DNA from: Octopus sinensis
Taxonomy: Eukaryota
DNA length: 64,000 nucleotides
Direction of reading: 5' to 3'
Assembly (NCBI RefSeq): GCF_006345805.1
Contig: NC_043002.1
Span: forward strand, 43,090,001-43,154,000
Part shown: positions 62,137 through 64,000 of the stretch, piece after piece
Layout of the letters: each line of letters begins with the position of its first letter
How positions within the stretch are numbered: position 1 is the stretch's first letter
The notes under the pieces: model-generated
What the model was told of the DNA's origin: nothing
Databases searched by the model: none
The model's input: only the letters and a program-made list of their open reading frames with translations
Position numbers and translations under genes: made by a program

Positions 62137-63020
62137 TTAATTGTTTGTCGTAGACCCGTTAAGAAGTGGCTTGTATTTTGTAATAAAGAGATTTTCTTTA
62201 CTTATTCGTTGTCTCCAGGTTGTATCGTCCCTAAATTGGTAGAGGGGGAAAATTCTGAAGTTTGGTGTTTTTTTGTTGGCGCAAGTATCTATGTGTTGGC
62301 TAAAAGCTATTTTTCTGTTTTGGGGAATTTTTATCTGGGATCTGTGCAGGGCCATTCGTTTACGCAAACCATTTTTTGTTTGGCCTATGTACTGCTCTTG
62401 ACACCCGGAGCAGGTTAGTGAGTATATTAGGTTCTCCGAAGCACATGTGAAGTTGCTTTTCACTGTAAAACGTTGTCCCTGTTTGAAGGAGAACTCAGAA
62501 CCCTCGATTAGATAGTCGCATATCCCGCAATTGGGTCTTCCACATTTTTTACTGTCGGCTTCTGTGCTGAAGAGTGAATTCGGGCTTGTGTAAGGAGACT
62601 TTTCATGGATCTAGGCTGTCTTTTGCTTTTTATGATCGTGTGTGTTTGGAGGATTGTGTTCATTCTGTGGTCTTTTTTTAGGAGGGGTATGTTGTGGAGG
62701 ATGGTGTCGAAGGCTTCGTTATTGAGAGGGTTGTGTGTGGAGATGTATGGTAAGGCTTTTGGTTGTAAGTTTTTCTTTGATTTGGGATGTCTCAGTTCCT
62801 TGATGTTAAGTTGAAGGGCACGTTGAATGCATTTGTCAATAAGTGAAGGTGGATAGTTCCTGGTGATTAGGGTATCTTTTAGTTCTTGTAGTCGTGTGTC
62901 TCTGGTGTTTGCGTTAGAGACTATAGTGCATATCCTTTTTGCTAGATTGAAGGGGATATTCATCCTGGTGTGTCTGGGGTGGCATGAATTGAATGGAAGA
63001 TATTGCTTAGAGTCTGTAGG

Positions 63021-63026
<6 letters not shown>
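62137..63026 (-). CDS. PLE pol C-terminal part, truncated unit C
   Basis: YKPTDSKQYLPFNSCHP through GIY-YIG to YKPLLNGSTTNN-stop. Confidence 0.85.
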
Positions 63027-63059
<33 letters not shown>

Positions 63060-63061
<2 letters not shown>

Positions 63062-63460
63062 ATTTAATAAATAAAACATATGCATACATACATATATGTA
63101 CATACCTACATCTATATGTATATTTACATGCATATGTGAGTACAGGACACCACAAATAAACGTAGAACACAACGAGAAACGAAAACATAAAATCAAACAA
63201 GGAAACAGACTTTTTTTAACAACGAAAAAACAGAGTACAAGACAAACAATACAAGGAAAATTCCCCTTCATCAGCTGCCCCTGTTTCGACCCAATGCATG
63301 TTTGTAAATTTAGGGTGAATACTTGATAGGTGTAAGCACCTGTATATGCCAGATAGTGGCAGAGGTGAGAGGGAAAATATCAAATAAAATCAAAAACAGA
63401 ACACAAAGGATATCGCGGTACACGTGTTTCAAGCTTTTTACATCAGTGTATAATTGATAT
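63060..63460 (-). mobile_element. PLE terminal-repeat remnant related to the piece in the 1-kb repeats
   Basis: 63340-63415 is the diverged reverse complement of 34533-34620. Confidence 0.55.
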
Positions 63461-64000
63461 AAAAGATAGTTTAAAGCTCTCTACAGCCACAAACATTGTT
63501 ATTCCAAAGAGTTACATCACACTATAAAAAATATGAAAGATACATGTAGTATTACCCATTATAATAGATATATCATATCTCCTTGAGAAAGTGCATTTGT
63601 AAAATTTCGTAACTGTATAACTGTATAAAGATTCATTGGATTTTGAAAATCTGCCCATACTGTATCACCAGACAACATAGAGGGAATGTTAAATAGATTG
63701 GAATGTGTTTATATTCACTTCCCTTGTAAAGATAGGAAGGAAAGAAATAGAAAGAAAAAAGATAGAAAGAAAGAAAAAAGAAATAAAGGAAAAGGAAAGA
63801 AAAGAAAAGAGAATACAGAGGAAAAGAGAGAAAAATAGAGAGAACAAAAAGAGAGTAAAAATAGAGAGAAAGAAATAAACGTTAAAAAATAACGTTAAAA
63901 TAAGGAATAAGGGGCAGGGTCACTTGATGTAAAAGACAATGGAAGCAAAAGACAAGGGTAATAGAATAAAAAAAACGCAATAAAAGTAAAAATAAGGATA

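Larger units (their letters stand above)
52497..63026 (-). mobile_element. Head-to-tail array of a 4.4-kb Penelope-like element: two full units (52497-56902, 56903-61317) and one 5'-truncated unit (61318-63026)
   Basis: Period 4406/4415 bp; near-identical copies; RT and GIY-YIG motifs; terminal repeat present 3 times; both ends merge into (TA)n. Confidence 0.95.

Noticed and set aside
63262-63300. GAAAC..CTGATGA on the minus strand, and CTGATGT..GAAACACGTGTA at about 63415-63450
   Set aside because: The first has the wrong order and spacing for any hammerhead type; the second has a mutated core and an unpaired helix I.

Overview
AT-rich, microsatellite-dense eukaryotic genomic DNA, very probably an octopus. 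This is inferred from the Ocp-type GFGD neuropeptide and from octopus-type tRNA-derived SINEs. Two host-gene signals are visible. (1) A complete single-exon CDS for a secreted precursor carrying 13 copies of GFGD flanked by basic cleavage sites (11461-12123, +), i.e. the achatin-family precursor of the cardioactive peptide Ocp-1/Ocp-2. (2) A 96-nt ATG-initiated exon encoding the start of a myosin motor domain (32714-32809, +); no further exons were found. Most of the remainder is mobile DNA: SINEs, CR1-group, RTE, R4/Dong and Tx1 LINE fragments, a mariner, a pogo-like transposon, a Helentron-type element, and several Penelope-like elements (PLEs). The most striking structure is a young head-to-tail array of a 4.4-kb PLE (52497-63026, -) inserted in a (TA)n tract. 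Each terminal repeat carries a minimal hammerhead ribozyme with a U3-A8 core covariation. Each full unit has a separate ORF1 of about 430 aa ahead of a pol frame that has no AUG before its first conserved motif and opens exactly at a splice-acceptor-like AG. Other hammerhead motifs, a 23-unit TTCCTGGAA minisatellite, several local inverted duplications and a degenerate 0.8-kb-period AT-rich repeat are reported. All calls were made by eye from the sequence and the ORF track; no database search or folding program was run.
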